A stretch of DNA of 64,000 bases from Eledone cirrhosa (taxonomy: Eukaryota), in assembly GCA_964016885.1 (NCBI GenBank), contig OZ024765.1:6572001-6636000 (forward strand), read 5' to 3'. The notes beneath the pieces are model-generated. The model was given only the letters and a program-made list of their open reading frames with translations. It searched no databases and was not told the DNA's origin. The translations under genes and the position numbers were made by a program. This document shows, piece after piece, positions 1-11,600 of this stretch (the stretch's first letter is position 1; each line of letters starts with the position of its first letter).

Positions 1-528
1 TTCACAGTAAAGGCTTTACCTCACATAATATCTCACATAACATTTACATTACTCTATATATATTATTGTATTTTCACAGTAAAGGCTTTACCTCACATAA
101 TATCTCACATAACATTTACATTACTCTATATATATTATTGTATTTTCACAGTAAAGGCTTAACCTCACATAATATCTCACATAACATTTACATTACTCTA
201 TATATACTATTGTATTTTCACAGTAAAGGCTTAACCTCACATAATATCTCACATAACATTTACATTACTCTATATTTACTATTGTATTTTGGTGGTAAAG
301 GCTTAACCTCACATAATATCTCACATAACATTTACATTACTCTATATATACTATTGTATTTTGGTGGTAAAGGCTTAACCTCACATAATATCGAATCAAT
401 GAGATTTTGGTGCTATTTATTTTGAGAATAATACCTTAACATCAGTATGAGTGGCTGGTTACAGCTGGTTTGAACAGAAAGAGGTGAGAGAATTCTAGCC
501 GGATACGGCCGGTTTAAATGCTAAAGGG
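1..528 (+). mobile_element. piggyBac-type MITE (5' end outside the window) with internal 72-bp satellite (~5.5 units, 1-390)
   Basis: Ends AAATGCTAAAGGG followed by TTAA (529-532). The 72-bp period is visible (1, 73, 145...). Same body as the complete copies at 17001, 26859, 40621 and 45238. Confidence 0.85.
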
Positions 529-551
529 TTAAACAAACATTTATTAACAAC

Positions 552-798
552 GCATGGAGAATGACTGCTGGGTAAAGAAGTGCCAAAAAATCCCACTGGG
601 AGGAAGACGCAGTAGAGGAAGACCACAAAATACATGGGCGGAGGTGGTGAGAGCAGACCTCAGACCGCTGAAGCTCACGGAGGAGATGACGAAGGACCGT
701 GACAAGTGGAGAGATGCTGTGCTGAATAGGACCCGTCTCGCCCTTGCAAGCAGGGAGAAGCGGACGTAAAATGATGATGATGATGATGATGATGATGA
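552..798 (+). mobile_element. RTE LINE 3' end, subfamily 2 (ORF runs almost to the tail)
   Basis: Translation ...GRRSRGRPQNTWAEVVRADL...DRDKWRDAV is homologous to the C-terminus of the 8613 ORF and ends in a (GAT)n tail. Other copies: 5669-5888 (+), 2716-2930 and 3484-3722 (+), 27310-27400 (+), 35213-35405 (-), 44938-45035 (+). Confidence 0.85.
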
Positions 799-1003
799 TA
801 TCTGAATGATTGACAAACATCACATCAATAAACTAGTAACCCCATCTAGCTTTGAGGTTATGAACTGTTGGAATAGAGTTCAAACATGTTAGGATGAGTT
901 ATCTCATCTACAGCACTGAAGAGGTTAAACCTGGTGGAGCTTATCTCCCTTTCTCTCCAGTTGAACACAGTTAATTTCTTCTAGAGAAGGGGAGAGAGGG
1001 GGT

Positions 1004-1212
1004 CATCATCATCATCATCATCATCATCATCGTTTGACGTCTATCTTCCACGCTAGCATGGGTTAGATGGAAATTGTCCCACTTGAGGCAAGATTGGTCG
1101 GGTGACCGTGTCTCGCTCGTATAGGACTGTCTGGCAGGTTTTCTACGGCTGGATGCCCTTCCTAACACCAACCATATTTACAGTGTGGACTGCATGGTTT
1201 TTTGTTGTGATA
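1004..1212 (-). mobile_element. RTE 3'UTR/tail fragment (subfamily 1-like)
   Basis: Reverse complement of the gttaggaagggcatccagc...catgctagcgtggaag...(gat)n tail seen at 11870-12031. Similar pieces at 25848-25912 (-), 25965-26339 (+), 30190-30477 (+), 32730-32890 (-), 36175-36423 (+), 44630-44931 (+), 46735-47060 (-). Confidence 0.8.
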
Positions 1213-1214
1213 TG

Positions 1215-2070
1215 TACACATACACATATACATATTCATACATAAACACATATATGTACTCTATACACATTAACATACACACACAATGTACTCCTACACA
1301 TACGCACATTCATACATAGCCACATATGTACTCATACGCATACATATATGCACATTCATGCACACGTATATGTACATCTTATACACACACACACACATGT
1401 ACTCCTACACATACACATATGCACATTCATATTACATACATACATGTACTACACACACACACATTCATGTGTATATATTCTCCTACACATTCATACACAC
1501 ACACTTTTGAACACAGGCACACATATATGTACACTTACACAAAAACATACACATTCATGCACAATTTTGAACACACACACGCACACACACAGGCACAGAC
1601 ACACGGGTACACAAACACACAGACAGAGACACAGACACACAAACAGACACACAAACACACAGGCACACAGACACACAAACACACACACACAGGCACACAA
1701 ACACACACACAGACAGACACACAGGCATACACAGACACACGGGCACACAAACACACACACAGACAGAGACACAGAGGCACACAAACAGACACACAGGCAC
1801 ACAAACACACACACACACACAGAAACACAGGCATACACAGACACACAGGCACACAAACACACAGACAGAGACAGAGACACACAGGCACACAAACAGACAC
1901 ACACACACACAGGCACACAAACACACACACAGACACACAGGCATACACAGGCACACGGGCACACAAACACACACACAGACACACAGGCATACACAGGCAC
2001 ACGGGCACACAAACACACAGACAGAGACACAGACACACAGGCACACAAACAGACACACACACACACACTA
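1215..2070. repeat. Degenerate (CA)n/(AC-AG) compound microsatellite
   Basis: Direct inspection; its ORFs are HT/CV low-complexity artefacts. Confidence 0.95.
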
Positions 2071-2270
2071 CATGCAATGTTGACATTTATGAAATGTCTC
2101 CTGGTAATTTTCAAAAACATTATCTTCAAAATATATTTCTAACAACAACAATAGTGGCAGCAGCAACAGTAACAACAACAATAGTAACAACAACAGCAGC
2201 AGCAGCAACAACAGTAGCAGCAACAACATGCAGTTTTGGGGGATCTGGTCCTTATAGCCAAATCCATTAA

Positions 2271-2712
2271 CCCTTTACCATTTATTTTACTCTATATATA
2301 CTATTGTATTTTCACGGTAAAGGCTTTACCTCACATAATATCTCACATAACATTTACATTACTCTATATATACTATTGTATTTTCACGGTAAAGGCTTTA
2401 CCTCACATAATATCGAATCTATGAGAATTTTGATATTCTTTATTTTGAGAACAATACCCTAACATAAGTATGAGAAGCTGGTTACAGCTGTTTTGAACAG
2501 AAAGCGGAGAGAGAATTCTGGCCGGATTCAGCCACTTTAACCCTTTAGCATTTACATTACTCTATATACACCATTGTATTTTTGTGGTAAAGGCATAATA
2601 TTGAATCTATGAGATTTTAATACTATTTATTGTGAGAACAATACCTTACATCAGTATGAGCAGCAGGTTACAGCCAGTTTGAACAGAAAGAAGTGAGAGA
2701 ATTCTGACTAGA
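2271..2712 (+). mobile_element. Two nested/tandem piggyBac-type MITE copies
   Basis: TTAA|CCCTTT at 2267-2276. A second TTAA|CCCTTTAGCATTT starts at 2537-2553, on the subterminal TTAA of the first copy. Confidence 0.8.
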
Positions 2713-2933
2713 AATCACTGAAACTCACAGAGGAGATGACAAAGGATCGGTGCAACAGGAAGGGAAGCAACATTAGAGAAAGACCAAGGAAGACTGGGGT
2801 GAGTGGGGGTGGGGGGAGGAAAGCTGATCTTAAATTGCTGAGACTCACAGAGGAAATGACAAAGGAATGCAACATGTGGAGAGATGGTGCGATGAAAAGG
2901 ACCCATGCAGCCCATGCAAGTGCGGAACAAAGA

Positions 2934-3485
2934 AATTATTTTCAAAATTATTTGAAAACCATAAACAGCGTCTTTCATTAGAAATATGTAACCAAATGGT
3001 TAAAGTTTTTATATTTATCTCAATGAATGTATATACATATCGACAGTCGATCGACTTTCGTCAGATCGGACCAAAGGGGCAATGTTTCCGTTGGTCTTAT
3101 CAATTGCTAATACTATCCTATCGGTCGCAACTCCAGCTAGAAGGAGCAACGTGAAATAAAGTGTCTTGCTCAAATACATAACACATAGCACGGTCCAGGA
3201 ATCAAACTCACAACCTCACAATTGTGAATCCAATTCTCTTACCTCTATATATACACACATATATGGGGTGGAGAAGACCCCTGAGTCCAGTAAGACAACA
3301 TCTCTAGTGCTGGTGGCACAAATAAAAGCACCTGGTCCATGTTGTAAAGTGGTGCTGGTGTTAGGAAGGGCATCCAACCATTAATGCCAAAACAATTATG
3401 AGCACAACAACAAATAAATATATATATAATCATCATCATCATCATCGTTTTACGTCATATAAAAGATACAGAAGCGAAAACCAAC
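2934..3485 (+). repeat. Local duplicate of 7296-7623 + 12032-12256 (empty site of the RTE insertion)
   Basis: Near-identical to both flanks of the full-length RTE, joined at cacacatatat|ggggtgg. Confidence 0.9.
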
Positions 3486-4027
3486 AGAGGAGATGGCAAA
3501 GGACCGGTGCAAGTGGAAGGAGAGCAGCATTAGAGAAAGACCAAGGAAGACTGGGGGTGGGGGGGGGGGGGGGGGGGGTGACAGCTGATCTTAAATTGCT
3601 GAGACTCTCAGAGGAGATGACAAAGGAATGTAACATGTGGAGAGATGGTGTGATGAAAAGGACCCATCCAGCCCATGCAAGCGCAGAACAATGGACATAA
3701 AAATGATGATGGTGATGATGATGTTATCGGGAAAATGTACATAGAAATATATGATGTTATCAGTACAAGGTACATAGAAATGTATATATGTATGTATGTT
3801 TCTCTTAATTTCAAGTACATTTTTGACTGACCACCTCCCAGGTGGCAAGGTTGTAAGAGAAAAGAAATTGTCATCCCTTGAATCACAAGAATGTCTTGCA
3901 AATTTTGAAGGTGCCAGCTATCGCAGCCATTTGTAGTCTATGAATTAGGGAGCTGTGTTCTTTGTCCACAAATCCGAGTTCAGTTATACTTTGGTCCAAG
4001 CCGGTTGGTATGTAACCTGTAGCTCCA

Positions 4028-4212
4028 ATAATTGTTTCTACTTTTGGCACAAGGCCAGCAATTGTCCCAGTGCATTACTGGTACTTTATTTTATCGACCC
4101 CGTAAGGATGAAAGGCAAAGTTAACCTCGGCAGGATTTGAACTCAGACTGTAAAGGAAAGTAACTATGCTGGAAAGCATGGTCTCTGACGCTCTACTGGT
4201 TCTGCCAATCCA
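4028..4212 (-). mobile_element. tRNA-derived SINE family B (Meta-domain-like body)
   Basis: Reverse complement has ctgagttcaaatcc (B box) then tttgcctttcatccttacggggtcgataaaataaagtaccag. Other copies at about 14395, 23100, 28217 and 28426 (tandem, near full-length), 33680, 34255, 37800, 38738 and 38910, 46118, 48315, 53105, 55030, 56030, 57210, 59270. Confidence 0.8.
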
Positions 4213-4213
4213 T

Positions 4214-4379
4214 TGCCTGTAGCTCCAATAATGATGGGTATGAAGCTGAAAGTGTATCTTGGATAGTGGATCTGCAAACTCCTCATCAATGGTCCGTAGA
4301 TGTCCTCCTTCTCTTGTATTTTTCTTACAACATTGACATCAAGTGGGCAGCTGATCTCTACAACAGAGCACGTTTTCAA
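4214..4379 (-). pseudogene. Fragment of restriction-like endonuclease (RLE) C-terminus of an R4/Dong-type non-LTR retrotransposon
   Basis: Translation KTCSVVEISCPLDVNVVRKIQEKEDIYGPLMRSLQIHYPRYTFSFIPIIIGATG fits the E/D-I-x-x-P...EK-x-x-Y-x-x-L...IPIIIGA-x-G motif of RLE-clade elements. Confidence 0.7.
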
Positions 4380-4455
4380 TGTGTGGTCTCAAACAACAAT
4401 ATCAGGTTGGCTGTGCTTTAGTTTGGTGTATGTATGTATGTATGTATATGTCAGG

Positions 4456-4735
4456 TCACTCTAGAGTGCTACTGGTAACATGTAACCCAGTACAACCTGT
4501 CTCATGGTCGGGTTGTCGACAACTAAACCGGCAACCCAACCAAGCTTGCTTGGTGAGGAGGGTGATATTTGGACACCCTGTGGGATGAAATACAAGACCC
4601 GACAAAGGACGGAGGAACTTAGCGGAGTCAACGGCCATCCAAATAGTACTTTTTTTGTTTTTTTCCACAAAGGAGTGAAAGGCCCCCAGTTGTCACAACA
4701 CCTTTCTAGGAGAGGGAAACTCTGTAAAAGAATAC
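4456..4735 (+). mobile_element. Probable 5'UTR fragment of an RTE-clade element
   Basis: Non-coding, with short hairpins (gggttgtcg/cggcaaccc; ccaagcttgcttgg) and a tctaggagagggaaactctg motif resembling RTE 5'UTRs. Recognised by resemblance only. Confidence 0.4.
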
Positions 4736-4915
4736 AAAACTAAATCCATTCAAGGCAGTGCCCCAGCATGGCCACAGTCTAATGACAGAAACCAGTAAAA
4801 GAATACAAAACTAAATCCATTCAAGGCAGTGCCCCAGCATGGCCACAGTCTAATGACAGAAACCAGTAAAAGAATACAAAACTAAATCCATTCAAGGCAG
4901 TGCCCCAGCATGGCC
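4725..4915 (+). repeat. Tandem ~70-bp SINE-tail units (x3); inverse array at 41035-41262
   Basis: aaggcagtgccccagcatggccacagtctaatgacagaaaccagtaaaagaatac repeated. Confidence 0.85.
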
Positions 4916-5089
4916 TATCTGAAAGGAATAAGTGTGTGTGTGTGTGTGTGTGCGTGTGCTAAATACCAGACATACGCTGTGAGTGACATTTCTTTCACTT
5001 AATTTGAAACTGTCCTTTTGATAAAAAAAAAAAAAGCAAGGAATAAATTATATTTAACAAAATGGTGCATGTGTATACAAATATATGTA

Positions 5090-5127
5090 TGTGTATACAC
5101 ACAAATCTTTATGTATGTGGGAATGTA

Positions 5128-5191
<64 letters not shown>

Positions 5192-5265
5192 CATACACAC
5201 AAAAATCTTTATGTATGTGGGAATGTACATATATATATACACACACATACATCTTTATGTGGGAA

Positions 5266-5317
<52 letters not shown>

Positions 5318-5344
5318 TACATCTTTGTGTATGTGGGAATGTAC

Positions 5345-5384
<40 letters not shown>

Positions 5385-5402
5385 CTTTATGTATGTGGGA
5401 AT

Positions 5403-5434
<32 letters not shown>

Positions 5435-5665
5435 CTTTATGTATGTGGGAATATACATATATATACACACACACATCTTTATGTATGTGGGAATGTACAT
5501 ATATATATACAGACACACACACATCTTTATGTATGTGGGAATGTACATATATATACACACACACACATCTTTATGTATGTGGGAATGTACATATATATAT
5601 ACAGACACACACACACATCTTTATGTATGTGGGAATGTACATATATATACATACACACACATATA
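5090..5665. repeat. Minisatellite tctttatgtatgtgggaatgtac with variable (TA)/(CA) linkers
   Basis: About 11 units by inspection. Confidence 0.9.
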
Positions 5666-6114
5666 TGAAGACGTACCAAGTAATCCCAGTAGAAGGAAGA
5701 CGCAGTAGAGGAAGATCACAAAAACCATGGGTGGACGTGATGGGAGCTGACCTCAGATCGCTGAAGCTCACAGAGGAGATAACGAAGGACCGTGACAAAT
5801 GGAGAGATGCTGTGCTGAAAGGACCCATTCCACCCTTGCAAGCAAGGAAAAGCGGACGTAAAATGATGATAATGATGATGATGATGATATATACCAACTT
5901 GAAAAAGTGACTTATTTGGCTAAGATCATACAAATGAATAAAAAATGGTGGGCGAAGACAATGGGGAAAACAAACTAACACAGGACAGTCCCTTCTCATC
6001 AACATATACATCTTTTGTTTTTTCAAAATGGCTGACTGAATACATGCGTGCTTTTTCTAAAAAAAATAATTTTTCTGTTCCTTCCTCTTTTGATTTCACC
6101 TTTTTCTAGTTATA

Positions 6115-6150
6115 TCTTCTGATGAAGGACTAGTGTCTGAAACAGACCTT
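6115..6150 (+). ncRNA. Degenerate minimal hammerhead ribozyme (cleavage site deleted)
   Basis: tctt CTGATGA a ggac tagt gtct GAAA c agacc. Paralogue of 17726 lacking the gtca around the cleavage site. Confidence 0.6.
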
Positions 6151-6189
6151 ACATATACGTATTTACTCAGTTTCAGCAGAGTATGCTGT

Positions 6190-6910
6190 ATGTCAAGAAC
6201 ACAACTCAATACTCAACCCATTCCAGGATTCGAACCCATGACATTATGATTGTAACTCCAACACCTCAACCACTGGAGCAACATGAAATGAAGTGTTTTG
6301 CTCAAGAACACAACACACAACCCAGTACAGGACTCAAACCCACAACATTATGATCAGAAGTCCAATACCTCAACCACTGGAGCAACATGAAATGAAGTGT
6401 TTTGCTCAAGAACAGAGCACACAACCCAGTACAGGACTCAAACCCACAACATTATGATCAGTAGTCCAACACCTTTACCACTAGAACAACAGAAAATGAA
6501 GTGTTTTGCTCAAGAACACAACACACAACCCAGTACAGGACTCAAACCCACAATATTATGATCAGAAGTCCAACACCTTTACCACTAGAACAACAGAAAA
6601 TGAAGTGTTTTGCTCAAGAACACAGCACACAACCCAGTACAGGACTCAAACCCACAACATTATGATCAGTAGTCCAACACCTTTACCACTAGAACAACAG
6701 AAAATGAAGTGTTTTGCTCAAGAACACAGCACACAACCCAGTACAGGACTCAAACCCACAACATTATGATCAGTAGTCCAACACCTTTACCACTAGAACA
6801 ACAGAAAATGAAGTGTTTTGCTCAAGAACACAGCACACAACCCAGTACAGGACTCAAACCCACAACATTATGATCATTAGTCCAACACACTTACCAGTAG
6901 GCCACACACC
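6190..6910 (-). repeat. Tandem array of ~7 x 104-bp SINE tRNA-head units
   Basis: cccagtacagg recurs at 6321, 6425, 6529, 6633, 6737 and 6841. The reverse complement matches the head of the SINE at 17352. Confidence 0.9.
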
Positions 6911-7623
6911 TCTACCTCCAAGTATTGTATTTTAATAGGAAATAAATAGTAACATCCAGTATGTTGTTTCAAGTTTGTATCATTCTCTCGTCTTGAAAGA
7001 AATGTCTTTTAACTCTAAATAGTTCACTACATTTAAAACAAAAAGAAAAATCAAAAGAGCTGTTTTATTTGAAAATCAATACCAGTTCATATCTCATCAA
7101 AGGTACTGTGTTGGACTGTTTAAATCATTCTTTTGTTTATTATTGACTCATCCCAGCTTTGATAATAAGCTGTATTTTTAAAGTGTTTATATTTATCTAA
7201 AAATCTATATTTCTATCTTTCTTAAGTTATGTTCCAAACAACAACTTAATAATGAGGAAGTTAGTTATATTATTAAATCCCTCAAATTTCATGGTTATTT
7301 TCAAAATTATTTGAAAACCATAAACAGCGTCTTTCATTAGAAATATGTAACCAAATGGTTAAAGTTTTTATATTTATCTCAATGAATGTATATACATATC
7401 GACAGTCAATCGACTTTCGTCAGATCGGACCAAAGGGGCAATGTTTCCGTTGGTCTTATCAATTGCTAATACTATCCTATCGGTCGCAACTCCAGCTAGA
7501 AGGAGCAACGTGAAATAAAGTGTCTTGCTCAAGGACATAACACATAGCACGGTCCAGGAATCAAACTCACAACCTCACAATTGTGAATCCAATTCTCTTA
7601 CCTCTATATATACACACATATAT

Positions 7624-8483
7624 AAGGTATTTTAGCCTACATATTGTCGTTAATATTATGATGTTCCCTGCTGTATTAGCGTTAAATTTTCCCTGCTGTA
7701 TTAGCGATAAATTTTCGAGGGTTTCTCTTAGTAGCTTTTTCATGTCGTTAATATTATGATGTTCCCTGCTGTATTAGCGTTAAATTTTCCCTGCTGTATT
7801 AGCGATAAATTTTCGAGGGTTTCTCTTAGTAGCTTTTTTCATGACGTTATTATTGTTAATTTTACTGATGTAGTATTAACTTGGATATTTACCATGCGAC
7901 CCTCAGTTCCTATTGTATCTCTCTCAGTTCCTACCCCCCCCCCCCTCTATGCACTTCTTTAAGGCTTACTACCCTGTCTTTAACCTAATTCATTCAATCT
8001 GAAAATATTGAAGAGATAAGACACTTTGCCATTCTTCTCTGCTAAAATGTACCACTGAGCTGATTCAATTTTCCCAGCCAGCCATCCACCTAATCTACGA
8101 AGGTATTTTAGCCTACATATTGTCGTTAATATTATGATGTTCCCTGCTGTATTAGCGTTAAATTTTCCCTGCTGTATTAGCGATAAATTTTCGAGGGTTT
8201 CTCTTAGTAGCTTTTTCATGTCGTTAATATTATGATGTTCCCTGCTGTATTAGCGTTAAATTTTCCCTGCTGTATTAGCGATAAATTTTCGAGGGTTTCT
8301 CTTAGTAGCTTTTTTCATGACGTTATTATTGTTAATTTTACTGATGTAGTATTAACTTGGATATTTACCATGCGACCCTCAGTTCCTATTGTATCTCTCT
8401 CAGTTCCTACCCCCCCCCCCTCTATGCACTTCTTTAAGGCTTACTACCCTGTCTTTAACCTAATTCATTCAATCTGAAAATAT
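7624..8483 (+). repeat. 1.8 direct copies of a 476-bp unit (each with internal ~98-bp and 25-bp duplications)
   Basis: aaggtattttagcctac at 7624 and 8100. The second copy stops at aatctgaaaatat (8483). Confidence 0.9.
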
Positions 8484-8612
8484 CAACACACCCTGCATCC
8501 AACACACCCTGCCATTACCCCACCACCACTGTCCTTCTAGCCCTCAATTTTCCCACCGTTAGGGATGGATGAGCTGGGAATACACGAGCAACTCTGAATC
8601 AATAGATGAAAT

Positions 8613-11600
8613 ATGAATCTGCGAGCTACCAAGCACCCACGTGAAGCGCCAACCCAGAGACCCTCCCCTACGAGTGTCGACAAATGCCCAAAACTCCGAG
8701 TTGGTACCATCAATGTAGGCTCAATGAAAGGAAGAGCAGGAGAAATCGTAGAAATGCTAGAGCGAAAGGAAGTTGATGTATGCTGTGTGCAAGAGACTAG
8801 ATGGAGAGGAGGGTCTGCTAGAGTCCTTGTAGGAAAAAGCCAGTGCTACAAATTTTTCTGGGTGGGAAATGACGATGGGATGGGTGGTGTAGGTATACTA
8901 TTAGCTGACAAGTGGGTAGATAAAGTAATCTCAGTGTACAGGGTAAATGCAAGAATCATTAAACTCAGACTAGTCCTGAATAAGACAATTACCACAATAA
9001 TATCAGCTTACGCACCCCAATCGGGGCTGCCAGACGAACTTAAGGATAGGTTTTACGAGTCCCTAATACACACTACTGCTCTAACAGACGACAAGGACTT
9101 CCTAATCATTGCAGGAGATTTTAACGGACACGTAGGTAAACACTGCGATGGCTTCAATAGAGTACATGGAGGCCATGGAGTTGGCACAAGGAATGAGGAA
9201 GGATTCAGACTTCTAGAATTCTGCGACGCCAATGACATGTCGATATGTAACACAAACTTTAAAAAACCCGACAACCACCTGATCACCTATAGATCAGGGG
9301 AGCACTCTAGTCAGTTAGATTTTATCCTCATCAGAGGACGTGACAGATGGACGGTCGTAAACACAAAAGCCTTCCCTAGTGAGGAATGTACATCCCAACA
9401 TAGCTTAGTTGTCAGCGACCTCACGGTCAGAACTAGACGAGCCCTGAAACAGAGGCCAACCTGGAGAAGAAAGATCTGGAAGCTGAAAGTCCCCTCAACC
9501 AGTAACAGATTTAAAGATATTTTACTCAACGCCTACGACAGTAAAGAAGAACAGATAGAGACATTTAACGTAGAAGAGAACTGGGAGTTCCTAAAAAATA
9601 ACTTACTAGAGGCGACGGATGAGGTTTGTGGCTGGAGTAAGACCTCAAGCAGGAGGAGAGTGACTTGGTGGTGGAACAATAAGGTAGATGAAGCAGTCAA
9701 GGCCAAGAGACAGGCATGGAAAGAATGGAAGAACGGGGGGAGCAGGGTACATTACATAGAGACCAAGAGGGAAGCTAGGCGACAAGTATACTTAGCTAGG
9801 AGGGAAGCAGAGGATAGAAAATTCAAGCATGTTTTACAACGTGAGGACCAGAAACAGGAGGTATTCAAGATTGCGAGGCAGTGTGTCAGAGATAGTTGTG
9901 ATGTCATTGGAGAGAAGTGTATCCGGAATGATAAAGGTGAGCTTGCCCTCACAAGTGCTGAGAAGAAAGATGCATGGAAGAGTCATTATGATAGATTACT
10001 AAATGAGGAGAATGCATGGGAAGAAGAGACCCTACCCCACGTAGACCCTATAGAGGGACCAGCAGTACAAGTCAGCGGCAGCGTAGTAAGTAAGGCAATC
10101 AGAGATATGAAGATAGGGAAGGCAACCGGTCCATCGGGTATAGCTGCCGAGATGCTGAAGGCATCTGGGTCTGTAGGTCACACTATAACCACACGTATCG
10201 TTAACCAGGTAATACTAGAGGGGGCCATACCAAAAGATTGGTGCAGTAGCATCATTGTCAACTGCTACAAAGGTAAAGGCGATGCACTAGATAGAGGAAA
10301 CTATAGAGGTATAAAGTTGATGGACCAGGTCATGAAAGTAACAGAAAGAGTTATAGCACAGCTGATTAGGGACCGGGTGAATATAGACGAGATGCAATTT
10401 GGGTTTGTTCCAGGGAAAGGCACCACTGATGCGCTCTTCCTTGTGAGGCAATTACAGGAAAAGTACCTAGCTAAAAGTAAGCCACTCTACTTGGCATTTG
10501 TCGACCTTGAGAAAGCCTTTGACAGAGTTCCACGTGCAGTAATCTGGTGGGCTCTTAGAAAACTAGGAGTAGATGAATGGCTTGTGAAAGCGGTACAAGC
10601 CATGTATAGGGGAGCAGTCAGCAAAGTTAGGATTGGCAATGAGTATAGCGAGGAATTTAGCGTACAGGTTGGGGTCCACCAGGGCTCTGTTCTTAGCCCT
10701 CTCCTGTTCATCATAGTCCTGCAGGCAATAACGGAGGAGTTTAAGACCGGATGCCCATGGGAACTCCTGTATGCTGATGACCTCGCACTCATAGCTGAAT
10801 CTATGGTAGAACTAGAGAATAAATTCCAAACCTGGAAGCAGGGACTAGAGAGAAAGGGCCTCAAAGTCAACATGACAAAGACTAAGGTCCTTATAAGTAG
10901 ACGAGAAAACAGAACCCAGATCCCCTCAGGGAAATGGCCTTGCTCAGTATGTAGGAAAGGTGTAGGTAGGAACTCCATTCTTTGCCCCAAATGCAAACAA
11001 TGGGTACACAAGAGATGTAGCGGGATCTCAGGAAGCTTAATTAAGAATGTAGGATTCACATGCAGCAGCTGTGCTGAAACAGCAAGCAAACAGCCACAGG
11101 AAACAAGTACCACCAATCTCTGGGAGGGCCCTGTAGAAACAGTAGACAGCTTCTGCTACCTAGGTGACCGAATTAGCAACGGAGGTGGGTGCTCAGAAAG
11201 TACAATAACTAGGGTAAGAACGGGATGGAAGAAGTTTAGGGAACTACTACCACTGCTAGCTGCAAAAGGCTTCTCCCTCAGAATGAAAGGCAGACTGTAT
11301 GATGCGTGTATCCGAACAGCGATGTTGCATGGTAGTGAGACCTGGGCGCTGAAGGTGGAAGACTTACGTAGATTAGAGAGAAACGAAGCCTGCATGCTCC
11401 GATGGATGTGTAACAGTAATATACGTGAACGACAAAGCATAAATGAATTGAGAGAGAGACTGAGCATAAGAGGAATCAAATGCTGCGTGCAGGAGAGGCG
11501 GTTACGCTGGTATGGACATGTGATGCGTATGAAGGATGACAGCTGCATAAAAAGGTGCAGAGCACTAGAAGTTGATGGAAACCGCGGAGTGGGGAGACCC

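Noticed and set aside
66-425. 24-aa repeat protein (also 45044-45615)
   Set aside because: Translation of the 72-bp satellite inside a MITE.
3040-3130. Minus-strand TTGATAA...GAAA-palindrome as another U3-A8 hammerhead (also 7398-7490)
   Set aside because: Stem II does not close onto GAAA and the triplet would be CUG, which is not cleavable.
5090-5665. Constant repeat with variable spacers (CRISPR-like)
   Set aside because: The spacers are only (TA)/(CA) microsatellite length variants.
7980-8219. 79-aa minus-strand ORF in the RTE leader as an ORF0/ORF1
   Set aside because: It spans the tandem junction and internal duplications and has no recognisable motif.
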